Shown here one piece after another: positions 28,554 to 38,562 of a stretch of 44,280 nucleotides of DNA. A model generated the notes under the pieces. It did not search any database. It saw only the letters and a list, made by a program, of their open reading frames with translations, and was not told the DNA's origin. Made by a program: the position numbers and the translations under genes. Source of the DNA: an uncultured Lachnospiraceae bacterium. GTDB taxonomy: Bacteria > Bacillota > Clostridia > Lachnospirales > Lachnospiraceae. Location of the stretch: assembly GCA_944380025.1 (NCBI GenBank), contig CALWGL010000001.1, forward strand, positions 1-44,280. The letters are read 5' to 3'. The first letter of the stretch is position 1. The number at the start of each line of letters is the position of its first letter.

Positions 28554-28681
28554 AATCTCACCTGTTTTCCAGTATGTAAAATTTACTCATATTTTAAGCA
28601 AGTGCATTATATCATACGACCTCTGAAAAAGGAACCGTCATTTTGCTGAAAAACCCGGCCGTATGGGGCTTTGCGGCAAAA

Positions 28682-28784
28682 TGTGGATATTGTGGAAACA
28701 GTGGATTTTTCTGTAAAATCCAGGTAAAACGAAAAAAATATCCACATCTTTCATACACATGAAAAATGTGGATATTGTGGATAA
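28682..28784. promoter_or_regulatory. DnaA-box cluster upstream of dnaD-dnaC/I-prs
   Basis: One perfect box (TGTGGATAA 28776-28784) and five one-mismatch matches to TTWTNCACA at 28682, 28691, 28738, 28751, 28767. Confidence 0.8.
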
Positions 28785-30185
28785 CTACTGCCCAAGAAGG
28801 TCTTCTCCGATGTTTACAACGTTTCCGGCCCCCATAGTTATCAACAGGTCGCCGGGGATGCAATTTTCCAGAATAAATTTTTCAATCTCCTCAAAGGAAG
28901 GAAAATAACGGCAGTCTGTTCCCAGATCCCGGATCTCCTGACAGAGCAGGGCCGAGCTGACGCCCAGGGTGTCGGTCTCCCTCGCGGCATAGATGTCCGC
29001 GAGGATCACATGGTCCGCATGGGAAAGGGCGCGGGCGAAATCGTGGAAGAAAGCTTTCGTGCGGCTGTAGGTATGCGGCTGGAAGACGCACCAGAGAGTC
29101 CGGTGCGGGTAATTGGCCGCGGCCTTCAGGGTCGCCTCGATCTCCGTGGGATGGTGGGCGTAATCGTCGATGATGGTGACGCCGTGGAGTTCGCCCTTGT
29201 ATTCAAAGCGGCGGTCGGTACCGGTAAAGCCGTGCAGGCTTTCCGCCGCCCGTTCCATATCCAGATCCAGGTGATCCGCCAGAGCCAGAGCCGCCGCCGC
29301 GTTGGCAATGTTGTGCTCGCCGGGGACTCCGAGGCGGACGGGAAGCTCCTTCCCATGAAAATGCAGGACAAAGGAGGCGCGCGCCGTGTCGTCATGTGCG
29401 ATGTCCGTGAAGAAGTAGTCATTTTCCGGAGAGGATCCGAAGGTGGCCACACGGCAGGAAAGCCCTTCCGTGATCTCGGACAGCCGCGGGATGGCGCCAT
29501 TTATAATAAGAAGGCCGTCCTTTGGGATGAGCTGGGCAAACCGGCGGAAGGAGGCGCGGATCTCATCCAGATCCCTGAAAAAGTCCAGATGATCCTCTTC
29601 GATGTTCAAAATGATGCCCACCTTCGGAAAGAAGCTTAAGAAGCTGTTGGTATATTCGCAGGCCTCCGTCACGAAAAGCTCCGACGCTCCCACACGGATG
29701 TTGCCGCCGATATCCTTCAGCACGCCGCCCACCGAGATGGTGGGATCCGTATCCGCCGCGATCAGGATCTCGGCGATCATGGAGGTGGTGGTGGTTTTTC
29801 CGTGGGTCCCGCTGACGGCGACGGGCAGCCGGTAGTTCTTCATCATCTGTCCCAGGAGCTGGGCGCGGGTGAGATGCGGAAGCTGCCGGCGCAGAGTCTC
29901 CTGGTATTCCGGATTGTCCGGATGAACGGCGGCGGTATAGACCACAAGCTCCACGTCCTCTTCGATGTTCTCCGCCTTCTGCGGCCGGCCGTAATGGACG
30001 GCGGCCCCCTGGCGTTCCAGACGTTCGGTCAGCGGCGTGCGGTTCCAGTCCGAGCCGGACACGGTAAAGCCTTCGGAAAGCAGGATCTCCGCAAGACCGC
30101 TCATACTGATGCCGCCGATGCCGATGAAATAGACATGGATCGGACGGCTGAAATCTACCTGATAAGTACCCTGTATCTGCGACAT
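28785..30185 (-). CDS. murC: UDP-N-acetylmuramate-L-alanine ligase
   Basis: FIGIGGISMSGLA, GTHGKTTTT, EACEY, DDYAHHPTEI, FQPHTYSRT, MGAG. Confidence 0.97.
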   Translation of the reverse strand: MSQIQGTYQVDFSRPIHVYFIGIGGISMSGLAEILLSEGFTVSGSDWNRTPLTERLERQGAAVHYGRPQKAENIEEDVELVVYTAAVHPDNPEYQETLRRQLPHLTRAQLLGQMMKNYRLPVAVSGTHGKTTTTSMIAEILIAADTDPTISVGGVLKDIGGNIRVGASELFVTEACEYTNSFLSFFPKVGIILNIEEDHLDFFRDLDEIRASFRRFAQLIPKDGLLIINGAIPRLSEITEGLSCRVATFGSSPENDYFFTDIAHDDTARASFVLHFHGKELPVRLGVPGEHNIANAAAALALADHLDLDMERAAESLHGFTGTDRRFEYKGELHGVTIIDDYAHHPTEIEATLKAAANYPHRTLWCVFQPHTYSRTKAFFHDFARALSHADHVILADIYAARETDTLGVSSALLCQEIRDLGTDCRYFPSFEEIEKFILENCIPGDLLITMGAGNVVNIGEDLLGQ

Positions 30186-30402
30186 GGAAATGACCTTCCT
30201 TTCTCATTCTGATATGTATTATACGCACTGCGGGCAAAAAAACCAATAGGGAATTTTTTTTGTTGAAAATAGAAGAAAAAGCCCGGGAAAAGACGGGCGC
30301 AAAACTATTAAAAACACACAAGACAGAAAAAAAGGAAAAAAGAAATATGTAAATTTTCTACTAAATTTGCCCATTTTCGCTGAAAGAAACTGTAAATAAT
30401 TA

Positions 30403-30431
30403 TTCACTTTTGCAAGTCGCTGTGTTATAAT
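30403..30431 (+). promoter_or_regulatory. Sigma-A promoter of glgCD
   Basis: TTCACT-17 bp-TATAAT with TG extension. Confidence 0.65.
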
Positions 30432-30492
30432 CTTCTTACGTAAAAGTACGTAAATCTATGCAATACGTGATGCAGGAACATGAGGTGATGAC

Positions 30493-31767
30493 ATGGTAAA
30501 GAAAGAAATGATTGCGATGCTGCTGGCAGGCGGTCAGGGAAGCAGACTGGGCGTCCTGACTTCCAAGGTTGCGAAGCCGGCGGTATCCTTCGGCGGGAAG
30601 TACCGGATCATAGACTTTCCGCTGAGCAACTGTATCAATTCCGGTGTGGATACGGTGGGGGTGCTTACCCAGTATCAGCCGCTGCGGCTGAATACGCATA
30701 TCGGAATCGGCATTCCCTGGGATCTGGACCGGAATATCGGCGGCGTTACCGTCCTTCCCCCTTATGAGAAGAGCGAGAACAGCGAGTGGTATACCGGAAC
30801 GGCGAATGCCATATATCAGAACATCGACTATATGGAGAGCTTTAACCCGGATTATGTCCTGATCCTGTCCGGAGACCACATCTACAAGATGGATTACGAG
30901 GTGATGCTGGATTACCACAAGCAGCATAACGCGGAATGCACGATCGCGGTCATGCCCGTGCCGATGGAGGAAGCGAAGCGGTTCGGCATCATGATCACGG
31001 ACGAGAACGGAAAGATCACGGACTTTGAGGAAAAGCCTGCAAATCCCAGAAGCAATCTGGCTTCCATGGGCATCTATATCTTCAACTGGAAGACGCTGAA
31101 GGAAGCTCTGATCGCCAGGTCGTCCCAGCCCAACCTGGATTTCGGAAAGCATGTCATCCCCTACTGCCATGAAAATGGAGCACCGATGTACGCGTATGAA
31201 TTTAACGGCTACTGGAAGGATGTGGGAACCCTGAATTCCTACTGGGAAGCCAATATGGAGCTGATCGATATCGTGCCGGAGTTCAACCTGTATGAGGAAT
31301 ACTGGAAGATCTACACCAAGAGCGAGATCCTTCCGCCTCAGTACATCGCTCCAGAGGGTGTGATCGAGCGGAGCATCGTCGGCGAGGGGAGCGAGATCGC
31401 CGGACAGATCTACAATTCTGTCATCGGCTGCGGCGTGGTGGTCGGGAAGGGAACCGTGATCCGGGATTCCATCGTGATGAACAATACGGTGGTGGGAGAA
31501 GGCTGTGAGCTGAACAAGGCCATCGTGGCGGAGAACGTTTCCATCGGAGACGGCGTGAAGCTGGGGATCGGCGAAGAGGCCGAGAACGATATCGCCCCTC
31601 ACATTTACAACAGCGGCATCGCTACCGTGGGAGAAAAGAGCGTGATCCCGAAGGGCGTTTCCATCGGGAAGAACACGGTCGTTTTCGGCGTGACGGAGAG
31701 CGCGGACTACCCGGACGGGATCCTTCCCGGCGGAAAATCTATCATTAAGGCAGGTGAGGAAAAGTGA
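30493..31767 (+). CDS. glgC: Glucose-1-phosphate adenylyltransferase
   Basis: [48 protein letters not shown]. Confidence 0.97.
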   Translation: MVKKEMIAMLLAGGQGSRLGVLTSKVAKPAVSFGGKYRIIDFPLSNCINSGVDTVGVLTQYQPLRLNTHIGIGIPWDLDRNIGGVTVLPPYEKSENSEWYTGTANAIYQNIDYMESFNPDYVLILSGDHIYKMDYEVMLDYHKQHNAECTIAVMPVPMEEAKRFGIMITDENGKITDFEEKPANPRSNLASMGIYIFNWKTLKEALIARSSQPNLDFGKHVIPYCHENGAPMYAYEFNGYWKDVGTLNSYWEANMELIDIVPEFNLYEEYWKIYTKSEILPPQYIAPEGVIERSIVGEGSEIAGQIYNSVIGCGVVVGKGTVIRDSIVMNNTVVGEGCELNKAIVAENVSIGDGVKLGIGEEAENDIAPHIYNSGIATVGEKSVIPKGVSIGKNTVVFGVTESADYPDGILPGGKSIIKAGEEK

Positions 31768-32882
31768 GAGCGATAGGAATTATTTTGGCCGGCGGCAACA
31801 ACCACAGGATGAAGGAGCTTTCCCGGAAAAGGGCTATCGCGGCTATGCCGATCGCGGGCAGCTACCGAAGCATCGACTTCGCGCTCAGCAATATGACCAA
31901 CTCTCATATCCAGAAGGTCGGCGTGTTCACGCAGTACAACGCCAGAAGCCTGAACGAGCATCTGAATTCCTCCAAATGGTGGGATTTCGGGCGCAAGCAG
32001 GGCGGCCTGTTCCTGTTCACCCCTACGGTGACGGCGGACAACAGCTTCTGGTACAGAGGAACGGCGGACGCCATGTATCAGAACCTCTCCTTCTTAAAGA
32101 GCAGCCATGAGCCCTATGTGGTCATCGCTTCCGGCGACTGCGTGTACAAGATGGATTATAATAAGGTTCTGGAATATCACATTGACAAGAAGGCGGATAT
32201 CACCATCGTCTGCAAGGAGATGCCCGCCGGGACCAATCTGGAGCGCTACGGCACCATCAAGATGAATGAGGACAGCAGGGTCGAGGAGTTTGAGGAGAAG
32301 CCCATCGTGGCAAAGTCCAGCACGATCTCCTGCGGCATCTACGTGATCCGCAGAAGACTTCTGATCGAGATGATCGAGCGCTGCGCGATGGAGGACCGGT
32401 ACGACTTCGTTAAGGATATCCTGATCCGCTATAAGAATCAGAAGAGGATCTATGGCTATAAGATTAAGGAATACTGGCGCAATATCGCATCGGTGGAGGA
32501 CTATTTCGCCGCCAACATGGATTTCCTGAAGCCGGAGATCCGGAACTACTTCTTCCGTCAGTATCCGGATATCTATTCCAAGGTGGACGACCTTCCGCCC
32601 GCGAAGTACAACGTCGGCGTAAAAGTATCCAACAGCCTGATCTCCAGCGGCTGCATCGTCAACGGAACGGTGGAGGATTCCGTTATTTTCAAAAAATCCT
32701 TTATCGGCAATAACTGCTACATCAAGAATTCCATTATCTTGAATGACGTATATATCGGCGACAACACACATATTGAGAACTGCATCGTAGAGAGCCGGGA
32801 TACGATCCGGGCCAATACCTATTACAAGGGCGAAGATGGAATCAAGATTGTGGTTGAGAAAAACGAAAGATATGTCATCTGA
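31764..32882 (+). CDS. glgD: Glucose-1-phosphate adenylyltransferase subunit GlgD
   Basis: GlgC paralogue with degenerate catalytic motifs, overlapping the glgC stop (GTGA). Confidence 0.93.
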   Translation: MRAIGIILAGGNNHRMKELSRKRAIAAMPIAGSYRSIDFALSNMTNSHIQKVGVFTQYNARSLNEHLNSSKWWDFGRKQGGLFLFTPTVTADNSFWYRGTADAMYQNLSFLKSSHEPYVVIASGDCVYKMDYNKVLEYHIDKKADITIVCKEMPAGTNLERYGTIKMNEDSRVEEFEEKPIVAKSSTISCGIYVIRRRLLIEMIERCAMEDRYDFVKDILIRYKNQKRIYGYKIKEYWRNIASVEDYFAANMDFLKPEIRNYFFRQYPDIYSKVDDLPPAKYNVGVKVSNSLISSGCIVNGTVEDSVIFKKSFIGNNCYIKNSIILNDVYIGDNTHIENCIVESRDTIRANTYYKGEDGIKIVVEKNERYVI

Positions 32883-32902
32883 AGATAAAAGGGGGAACTC
32901 AC

Positions 32903-33178
32903 ATGAAGATTACAGACGTACGTGTGCGTAAGATCACCAGGGAAGGAAAGATGAAAGCGATCGTATCCATTACGATTGACGATGAGTTTGTGGTACACGA
33001 CATAAAGGTAATTGAAGGCGAGAAAGGGCTGTTTATTGCAATGCCCAGCAAAAAGGCCACGGACGGAGAATACCGGGATATCGCTCATCCGATCAACCAG
33101 GCGACCAGGGAAAGCATCCAGAACATCATTCTGGACAGGTATGAACAGGCGCTGGAGGAGCCGGAGGAGCTGGCATAG
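32903..33178 (+). CDS. spoVG: Septation regulator SpoVG
   Basis: [39 protein letters not shown]. Confidence 0.97.
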   Translation: MKITDVRVRKITREGKMKAIVSITIDDEFVVHDIKVIEGEKGLFIAMPSKKATDGEYRDIAHPINQATRESIQNIILDRYEQALEEPEELA

Positions 33179-33222
33179 GACAAAACACTGGAAACTGCAT
33201 GGCTGCCATCCCCAAAAAAATG

Positions 33223-33251
33223 TTGACTTTCAATTCTGCGGATGCTAGTAT
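33223..33251 (+). promoter_or_regulatory. Sigma-A promoter of thrS leader
   Basis: TTGACT-17 bp-TAGTAT with TG extension. Confidence 0.65.
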
Positions 33252-33261
33252 ACTGATAACG

Positions 33262-33574
33262 AAAAGGCGATGAAGGAAAGAGTAGCCTGCCGCGGGCATA
33301 GACCAGAGAATGGGACATAACGCTGGAAGTCCCTGTATGCCGGGCACGGGGAAGACCGCTCCGGAGCCGCTGCAGGAAGGAAGCAGCTTTCTGTCAGGCA
33401 TCTGATCCTGTCATTTAAGGAAGCGTTTCCGAAAGTGCAGACGTGAATCCGCGTTAAGGATGAGGATTTGGAAGAATCTGAAGTGAAAAGTTAAGGTGGA
33501 ACCGTGCGTCGCGCATGAGAATTGAGGACTGCACCCTTAGAAGAACGGAGGCCCGTTTTTCTAAGGGTGTTTTT
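33262..33574 (+). ncRNA. T-box riboswitch with Thr (ACC) specifier
   Basis: GCGATGA..AGTAG..CAGAGA..GCTGGAAG stem I motifs; GAAG-ACC specifier at 33355-33357; T-box AAGGTGGAACCG at 33493-33504; terminator CACCCTTAG..CTAAGGGTG-TTTTT at 33532-33574. Confidence 0.93.
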
Positions 33575-33725
33575 GCGCGATAAGCCCGGAGGGCGGCCGC
33601 GTGGATGGGCAAGCTCGCTTGCACAGACACGCGGACATTCGACGGGCAACGGACAGCGAGCAGCTGCGCTGCGAGCGGCCCGGCACAGGGAACGGCTTTG
33701 CCGTGAACTGTGCGTATCGCGCAAA
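33572..33725. repeat. TIR-bounded palindromic repeat element (MITE/REP-like), copy 1
   Basis: Ends TTTGCGCGATA...TATCGCGCAAA; homologous to 35574-35832. Confidence 0.8.
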
Positions 33726-33768
33726 GGGTTGAAAGCGTATCAGCGATTCAGGAAAGGAGACTGCAAAA

Positions 33769-35526
33769 ATGGATGTGATTCTGAAGGACGGAAGCAGAGG
33801 AGAACAGGAATTTACGGAGAAGGACGGGGCGTGGACCTTCCGTCACACCACCTCCCACATTCTGGCTCAGGCGGTAAAGCGCCTGTATCCGGACACGAAG
33901 CTGGCGATCGGGCCGGCGATCGAGGACGGATTTTATTATGATTTTGAGTTCAAGGAGCCCATCTCCAGCGAGGATTTTTCCGCCATTGAAAAGGAAATGA
34001 AGAAGATCGTGAAGGAGCGTCTGCCGCTGGAGCGCTTCACGCTTACCAGAGATGAGGCGATCGCCTTCATGAAGGAGAGAAATGAGGACTACAAGGTGGA
34101 GCTGATCGAGGATCTGCCGGAGGACGCGGTGATCAGCTTTTACCGTCAGGGCGAGTTCGTGGATCTGTGCGCGGGCCCGCATCTGGACAACACCAAATAT
34201 GTGAAGGCGATCAAGCTCACCAGCCTGGCGGGAGCCTACTGGAGAGGCAGCGAAAAGAACAAGATGCTCACCAGGATCTACGGAACCTCCTTCCCGGATA
34301 AGGAGCAGCTGAAGGAGTATCTGGACCGCATCGAGGAGGCGAAGAAGCGGGATCACCGCAAGCTGGGAAAGGAGCTGGGCATTTTCACGATCATGGAGGA
34401 AGGCCCCGGATTCCCGTTCTTCCTTCCCAAGGGAATGGTGCTGAAGAATATCCTGATCGATTACTGGAGAAGACTGCATGACAGAGAGGGCTATCAGGAG
34501 ATCTCCACCCCCATCATCCTGAACCGGAAGCTCTGGGAGACCTCCGGACACTGGGATCATTACCGGGAAAACATGTACACCACCGTGATCGACGACGAGG
34601 ATTACGCGGTGAAGCCCATGAACTGCCCGGGCGGCATGCTGGTTTACAAATCCCAGCCCCGTTCCTACCGTGACCTGCCGCTTCGTATCGGCGAGCTGGG
34701 ACTGGTGCACCGTCATGAAAAGTCCGGCCAGCTGCACGGCCTGATGCGCGTGCGCTGCTTCACCCAGGACGATGCGCATATCTTCATGACCAGGGAGCAG
34801 ATTACGGATGAAATCAAGGGCGTGATGCGCCTGATTGATGAGGTCTACAGCCGTTTTGGACTGACCTATCATATGGAGCTGTCCACCAGACCCGAAGACA
34901 GCATGGGAAGCGACGAGGACTGGGAGATTGCAACCGATGCGCTTCGTAAGGCATTGGATGAGGTAGGAAAAGGATATGTGGTGAATGAAGGAGACGGCGC
35001 GTTCTATGGACCCAAGATCGACTTCCATCTGACCGATTCCCTTGGAAGAACCTGGCAGTGCGGAACCATCCAGCTCGACTTCCAGCTTCCGCAGCGCTTT
35101 GAGGCGGAATATATGGGAGCGGACGGCGAGAAGCATCGCCCGATCATGATCCACCGTGTAGTATATGGAGCACTTGAGCGTTTCATCGGCATCCTGATCG
35201 AGCATTACGCGGGCAAGTTCCCGGTATGGCTGGCTCCGGTGCAGGTGAAGGTGCTTCCCATCTCCGAGAAGTTCTTTGATTTCGGACAGGAGATCCTGCA
35301 GAAGCTTAAAAGTGCCGGCATCCGCTGCGAAATGGACCAGCGCGATGAAAAGATCGGCTACAAGATCCGCAGCGCCCAGATGGAGAAGGTGCCCTATATG
35401 CTCATCGTGGGACAGAAGGAAGAGGAGACCGGAACGGTTTCCGTCAGAAGCCGCGACGACGGCGACCTGGGAAGCCAGGAGCTTGCCGCCTTTATCCAGA
35501 AGGTCGTGGAAGAAGGAAAAGAATAA
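33769..35526 (+). CDS. thrS: Threonine-tRNA ligase with shortened N-terminal TGS domain
   Basis: RHTTSH and DLCAGPH editing motifs, KRDHRKLG, KPMNCP, GAFYGPKID, HR..G.LERF; Thr T-box upstream. Confidence 0.97.
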   Translation: MDVILKDGSRGEQEFTEKDGAWTFRHTTSHILAQAVKRLYPDTKLAIGPAIEDGFYYDFEFKEPISSEDFSAIEKEMKKIVKERLPLERFTLTRDEAIAFMKERNEDYKVELIEDLPEDAVISFYRQGEFVDLCAGPHLDNTKYVKAIKLTSLAGAYWRGSEKNKMLTRIYGTSFPDKEQLKEYLDRIEEAKKRDHRKLGKELGIFTIMEEGPGFPFFLPKGMVLKNILIDYWRRLHDREGYQEISTPIILNRKLWETSGHWDHYRENMYTTVIDDEDYAVKPMNCPGGMLVYKSQPRSYRDLPLRIGELGLVHRHEKSGQLHGLMRVRCFTQDDAHIFMTREQITDEIKGVMRLIDEVYSRFGLTYHMELSTRPEDSMGSDEDWEIATDALRKALDEVGKGYVVNEGDGAFYGPKIDFHLTDSLGRTWQCGTIQLDFQLPQRFEAEYMGADGEKHRPIMIHRVVYGALERFIGILIEHYAGKFPVWLAPVQVKVLPISEKFFDFGQEILQKLKSAGIRCEMDQRDEKIGYKIRSAQMEKVPYMLIVGQKEEETGTVSVRSRDDGDLGSQELAAFIQKVVEEGKE

Positions 35527-35540
35527 CGGGAAATTCAGGA

Positions 35541-35576
35541 AAAGCTGTCCGGTTTCGCTGCCGGGCAGCTTCTTTT
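35541..35576 (+). terminator. Intrinsic terminator after thrS
   Basis: AAGCTGTCCGG..CCGGGCAGCTT followed by CTTTT. Confidence 0.65.
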
Positions 35577-35832
35577 GCGCGATAAGCCCGGAGAGCAGCC
35601 GCAGGGATGTGCAGGCGTGCCTGCACATCCCTGCGGATATTCGACGGGCAACGGGCAGGGAGCAGCAGCGCTGCGAGCTGGCGCGATAAGCCCGGAGGGC
35701 GGCCGCGCGGATGGGCAGCGAACGGCGTCGCCGTGAGCTGTGCGTATCGCGCAATCAGATAAGCCCGGAGGGCGGCCGCGCGGATGGTCAGGGAACAGCA
35801 TCGCCGTGAGCTGTGCGTACCGCGCGATCAGA
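35574..35832. repeat. Composite palindromic repeat element, copy 2, with tandem ~73-bp sub-modules
   Basis: GATAAGCCCGGAG at 35581, 35685 and 35758; CGCCGTGAGCTGTGCGTAYCGCGC twice; perfect 17-bp stem at 35599-35636. Confidence 0.85.
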
Positions 35833-35933
35833 AGGTGCGAAGGAAACAAAAATACAATGACAGGAAACAATCCACATAGCAGAAAACGGAACAGGAACTT
35901 AAAATAGAAACAAAAAAACAAGGAGGAGACAAT

Positions 35934-37064
35934 ATGGTAAAGCTGACGCCGCCCATGGGGTGGAATTCCTGGAACACCTTCGGGGCGAACATCAATGAGG
36001 AACTGATTAAGGAAACGGCGGACGTGATGGTGGAGAGCGGACTGCTGGCAAAGGGGTATGAATACCTGGTCATCGACGACTGCTGGTCTTTAAAGACCAG
36101 AGATGAAAATGAGCGGCTGGTGCCGGATCCGGAGAAGTTTCCCAACGGCATGAAGGCTGTGGCGGATTATGTGCACAGTAAGGGGCTGAAATTCGGCATG
36201 TATTCCTGCGCCGGAAATCTGACCTGCGCGGGCTATCCGGGAAGCTTCGAGCATGAGTTCATCGACGCGAAAACCTTTGCGGAGTGGGGCGTGGATTTCC
36301 TGAAGTACGATTACTGCTATCACAGCCCCATCATTCACGGCCAGTATCTCTACCGCAGGATGGGCCTTGCCCTGGAAAACTGCGGACGGGACATCCTGTT
36401 TTCCGCCTGCTCCTGGGGAAGCGACCAGACCCATGAGTGGATCAAGACCTCCGCGGCATCCATGTGGCGTTCCACCGGAGATATTTTTGACACCTGGGAA
36501 TCCGTAAAGGATCTGACGAAGCAGCAGGAGAAGCTGCATCCCTACAACGGGGTGGGCTGCTTTAACGACATGGACATGCTGATCGTGGGCATGTACGGCG
36601 AGGGAAACGTGGGCCTGAAGGGCTGCACGGATACGCAGTATAAAACCCATTATTCCATCTGGGCGCTGCTTGGCTCGCCTCTGATGATCGGCTGCGACAT
36701 CCGGAAGATGAATGAAGCGACGAAGGAGATCCTCTGCAACGACGAGCTCATCGCCATCAATCAGGACAGGGCCTGCCGCCAGCCGGTGAAGCTGAACGGC
36801 ATCTGGAGCGGGGACGACATGGTCATTTACTCCCGCCAGCTGGAAAACGGCGACGTTGCCATCGGCCTGTTCAACCTGAGCGAGGAGAAGGCCGCCGCCC
36901 GCTTCAATCTGGACGAGATCGGCCTGGGCTTCTCCACCGGAAAGACCCTGGATATGCACGAGGTCTGGACGAAGGAAGATTTCCGCGTGGAAAATTCCAC
37001 GGTGATCCGGGAGCTGCCTCCCTTCGGATGTGAGGTCTACCGCGCAAAGGTGGTCGATCTGTAA
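35934..37064 (+). CDS. GH27 glycoside hydrolase (alpha-galactosidase family), cytoplasmic
   Basis: TPPMGWNSWN, VIDDCW, WGVDFLKYDYC, WRSTGDI, NDMDML; no signal peptide. Confidence 0.93.
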   Translation: MVKLTPPMGWNSWNTFGANINEELIKETADVMVESGLLAKGYEYLVIDDCWSLKTRDENERLVPDPEKFPNGMKAVADYVHSKGLKFGMYSCAGNLTCAGYPGSFEHEFIDAKTFAEWGVDFLKYDYCYHSPIIHGQYLYRRMGLALENCGRDILFSACSWGSDQTHEWIKTSAASMWRSTGDIFDTWESVKDLTKQQEKLHPYNGVGCFNDMDMLIVGMYGEGNVGLKGCTDTQYKTHYSIWALLGSPLMIGCDIRKMNEATKEILCNDELIAINQDRACRQPVKLNGIWSGDDMVIYSRQLENGDVAIGLFNLSEEKAAARFNLDEIGLGFSTGKTLDMHEVWTKEDFRVENSTVIRELPPFGCEVYRAKVVDL

Positions 37065-37255
37065 TGTCCGTCTGTATGAAATGCGGAAAGGCCCTGACCT
37101 ACAATGAGATCGGGGCCTTCCGGAAATTCGTGAACCGGGGAGCGAAGGAGTTTCTGTGCAGGGAATGCCTAGCGGAACGGCTGGGCATCTCCCCGGAGCG
37201 GATCGACCGGAAGATAGAGGAATTCAAACAGCAGGGCTGCACCCTTTTCGTATGA
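37064..37255 (+). CDS. Small Cys-rich (putative Zn-binding) protein, 63 aa
   Basis: CMKC..CREC..GCTLF; TAATG translational coupling with the GH27 gene. Confidence 0.75.
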   Translation: MSVCMKCGKALTYNEIGAFRKFVNRGAKEFLCRECLAERLGISPERIDRKIEEFKQQGCTLFV

Positions 37256-37306
37256 AAGCCGTACGAAAGAGGGGGGCAGCCCGGGGCTTTTCATGGGAGG
37301 AAAGGA

Positions 37307-38125
37307 ATGGCGTTTCATTGGATTGACCCGGAAGATTACTCATTTAACTGCATCCTGTTAATGGACAGATACCTGATTCGTCAGCTTTGTAAGAAAGAGG
37401 GATATCAGGAAGAGTATTTGAGAAATCTGGGAATCGCGCTGGCCTATAATCCTGCTGTGGCATGGTATTGCGGGGAAAAAGCGCCGGAAATTGCGGAAGA
37501 CGTGGAACAGCTCGTAAAAAATGCGCCGAAGGACTGCGATGCGGAACAGGTTCGTTCGGCAGAGTGTTTCGTCCTGGATTATCAGGATTGGGCAGTGGTC
37601 TATATGTATCCGGAAAGGATGAACCGGAGATGCCCTTACATCTGTGACTGGAATCCGGAAAGGCTTCTTGAACTGGCTGATTTTACAGATAAAGTTGTTC
37701 TGGATGTAGGCGCGGGGAGCGGCAGACTGGCTTTTGCAGCCGCCAGGAAGGCCAAAAGCGTCTATGCCAGCGAGCCTGTGGACAGACTTCGGGAATTTAT
37801 GAGGGACAAAATCCGAAAAGAAGGGATTCAAAATGTTACTGTCCTGGATGGCACATGCGACTGGCTTCCCTATGAGGATAATAGCTTTGATATTGTGATG
37901 TCGGGACATGTGGTTGGCGATGATTATGAAAAAGAGCTTGGAGAATTGACGCGAGTTGTAAAAAACGGCGGCTGGATCCTTGACTGCCCCGGTGAGGATG
38001 ACAGACAGGCCTCTTTGAAGCAGGAATTGCTGGAAAGAGGATTTGAGTATTTTTACTATAAGAGCAGAAATGGCGGGGATGTTTACCGATATCGGAAACA
38101 GATCTTCAAAAATGTGAAAGAATAA
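37307..38125 (+). CDS. Class I SAM-dependent methyltransferase
   Basis: VLDVGAGSG motif I, LPYEDNSFDIV, ELTRVVKNGG; GGGAGG RBS. Confidence 0.88.
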   Translation: MAFHWIDPEDYSFNCILLMDRYLIRQLCKKEGYQEEYLRNLGIALAYNPAVAWYCGEKAPEIAEDVEQLVKNAPKDCDAEQVRSAECFVLDYQDWAVVYMYPERMNRRCPYICDWNPERLLELADFTDKVVLDVGAGSGRLAFAAARKAKSVYASEPVDRLREFMRDKIRKEGIQNVTVLDGTCDWLPYEDNSFDIVMSGHVVGDDYEKELGELTRVVKNGGWILDCPGEDDRQASLKQELLERGFEYFYYKSRNGGDVYRYRKQIFKNVKE

Positions 38126-38153
38126 TTCGGAAAGTATATTGTGGTTAAAAGGA

Positions 38154-38184
38154 AGCCGCAGCCGTTTGAAACGAGGCTGCGGCT
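38154..38184. terminator. Hairpin between convergent genes
   Basis: AGCCGCAGCC..GGCTGCGGCT stem; A-rich flank gives a U tract on the minus strand. Confidence 0.55.
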
Positions 38185-38224
38185 CAAAGGACAAAAGGGA
38201 TGGAAGAAGGGAGCGGGACGCCGC

Positions 38225-38557
38225 TCACAGCAGAAACAGCTTTACCATCCCGCCCGCCACAGAGATTGTGACAAGGATGCGCGCCGCCATGCGGGCCTTA
38301 TCTTCCGCGGAGCGGATATACACCACGATACCTGCCACGCTGAGAAAACCGATTGCCCAGGTGATGAGCCTTTCCAGGGTGTAGTTGGTAGGAAGACCGG
38401 TGGCGCTGATGGCGGCTATGAACATTCCCCATACCGCCATGATATAAAAAATAACCTGCCTGGCCCCGTGGCTTTTCATCAGATACAGCAGAGAAAGTCC
38501 CACCACAGTGATCACGCTCATTCCAACAAACAGAATCATATAAATTCCAAGTGCCAT
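38225..38557 (-). CDS. Small four-TM membrane protein
   Basis: Four hydrophobic segments in 110 aa; GAGG RBS. Confidence 0.8.
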   Translation of the reverse strand: MALGIYMILFVGMSVITVVGLSLLYLMKSHGARQVIFYIMAVWGMFIAAISATGLPTNYTLERLITWAIGFLSVAGIVVYIRSAEDKARMAARILVTISVAGGMVKLFLL

Positions 38558-38562
38558 ATATA

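Noticed and set aside
28678-28790. Chromosomal origin oriC
   Set aside because: No dnaA or dnaN adjacent and no clear unwinding element; better explained as a regulatory DnaA-box cluster
35574-35832. Tandem units as a CRISPR array or as coding sequence
   Set aside because: Units are near-identical along their whole length with no unique spacers; overlapping ORFs look like translations of the repeat
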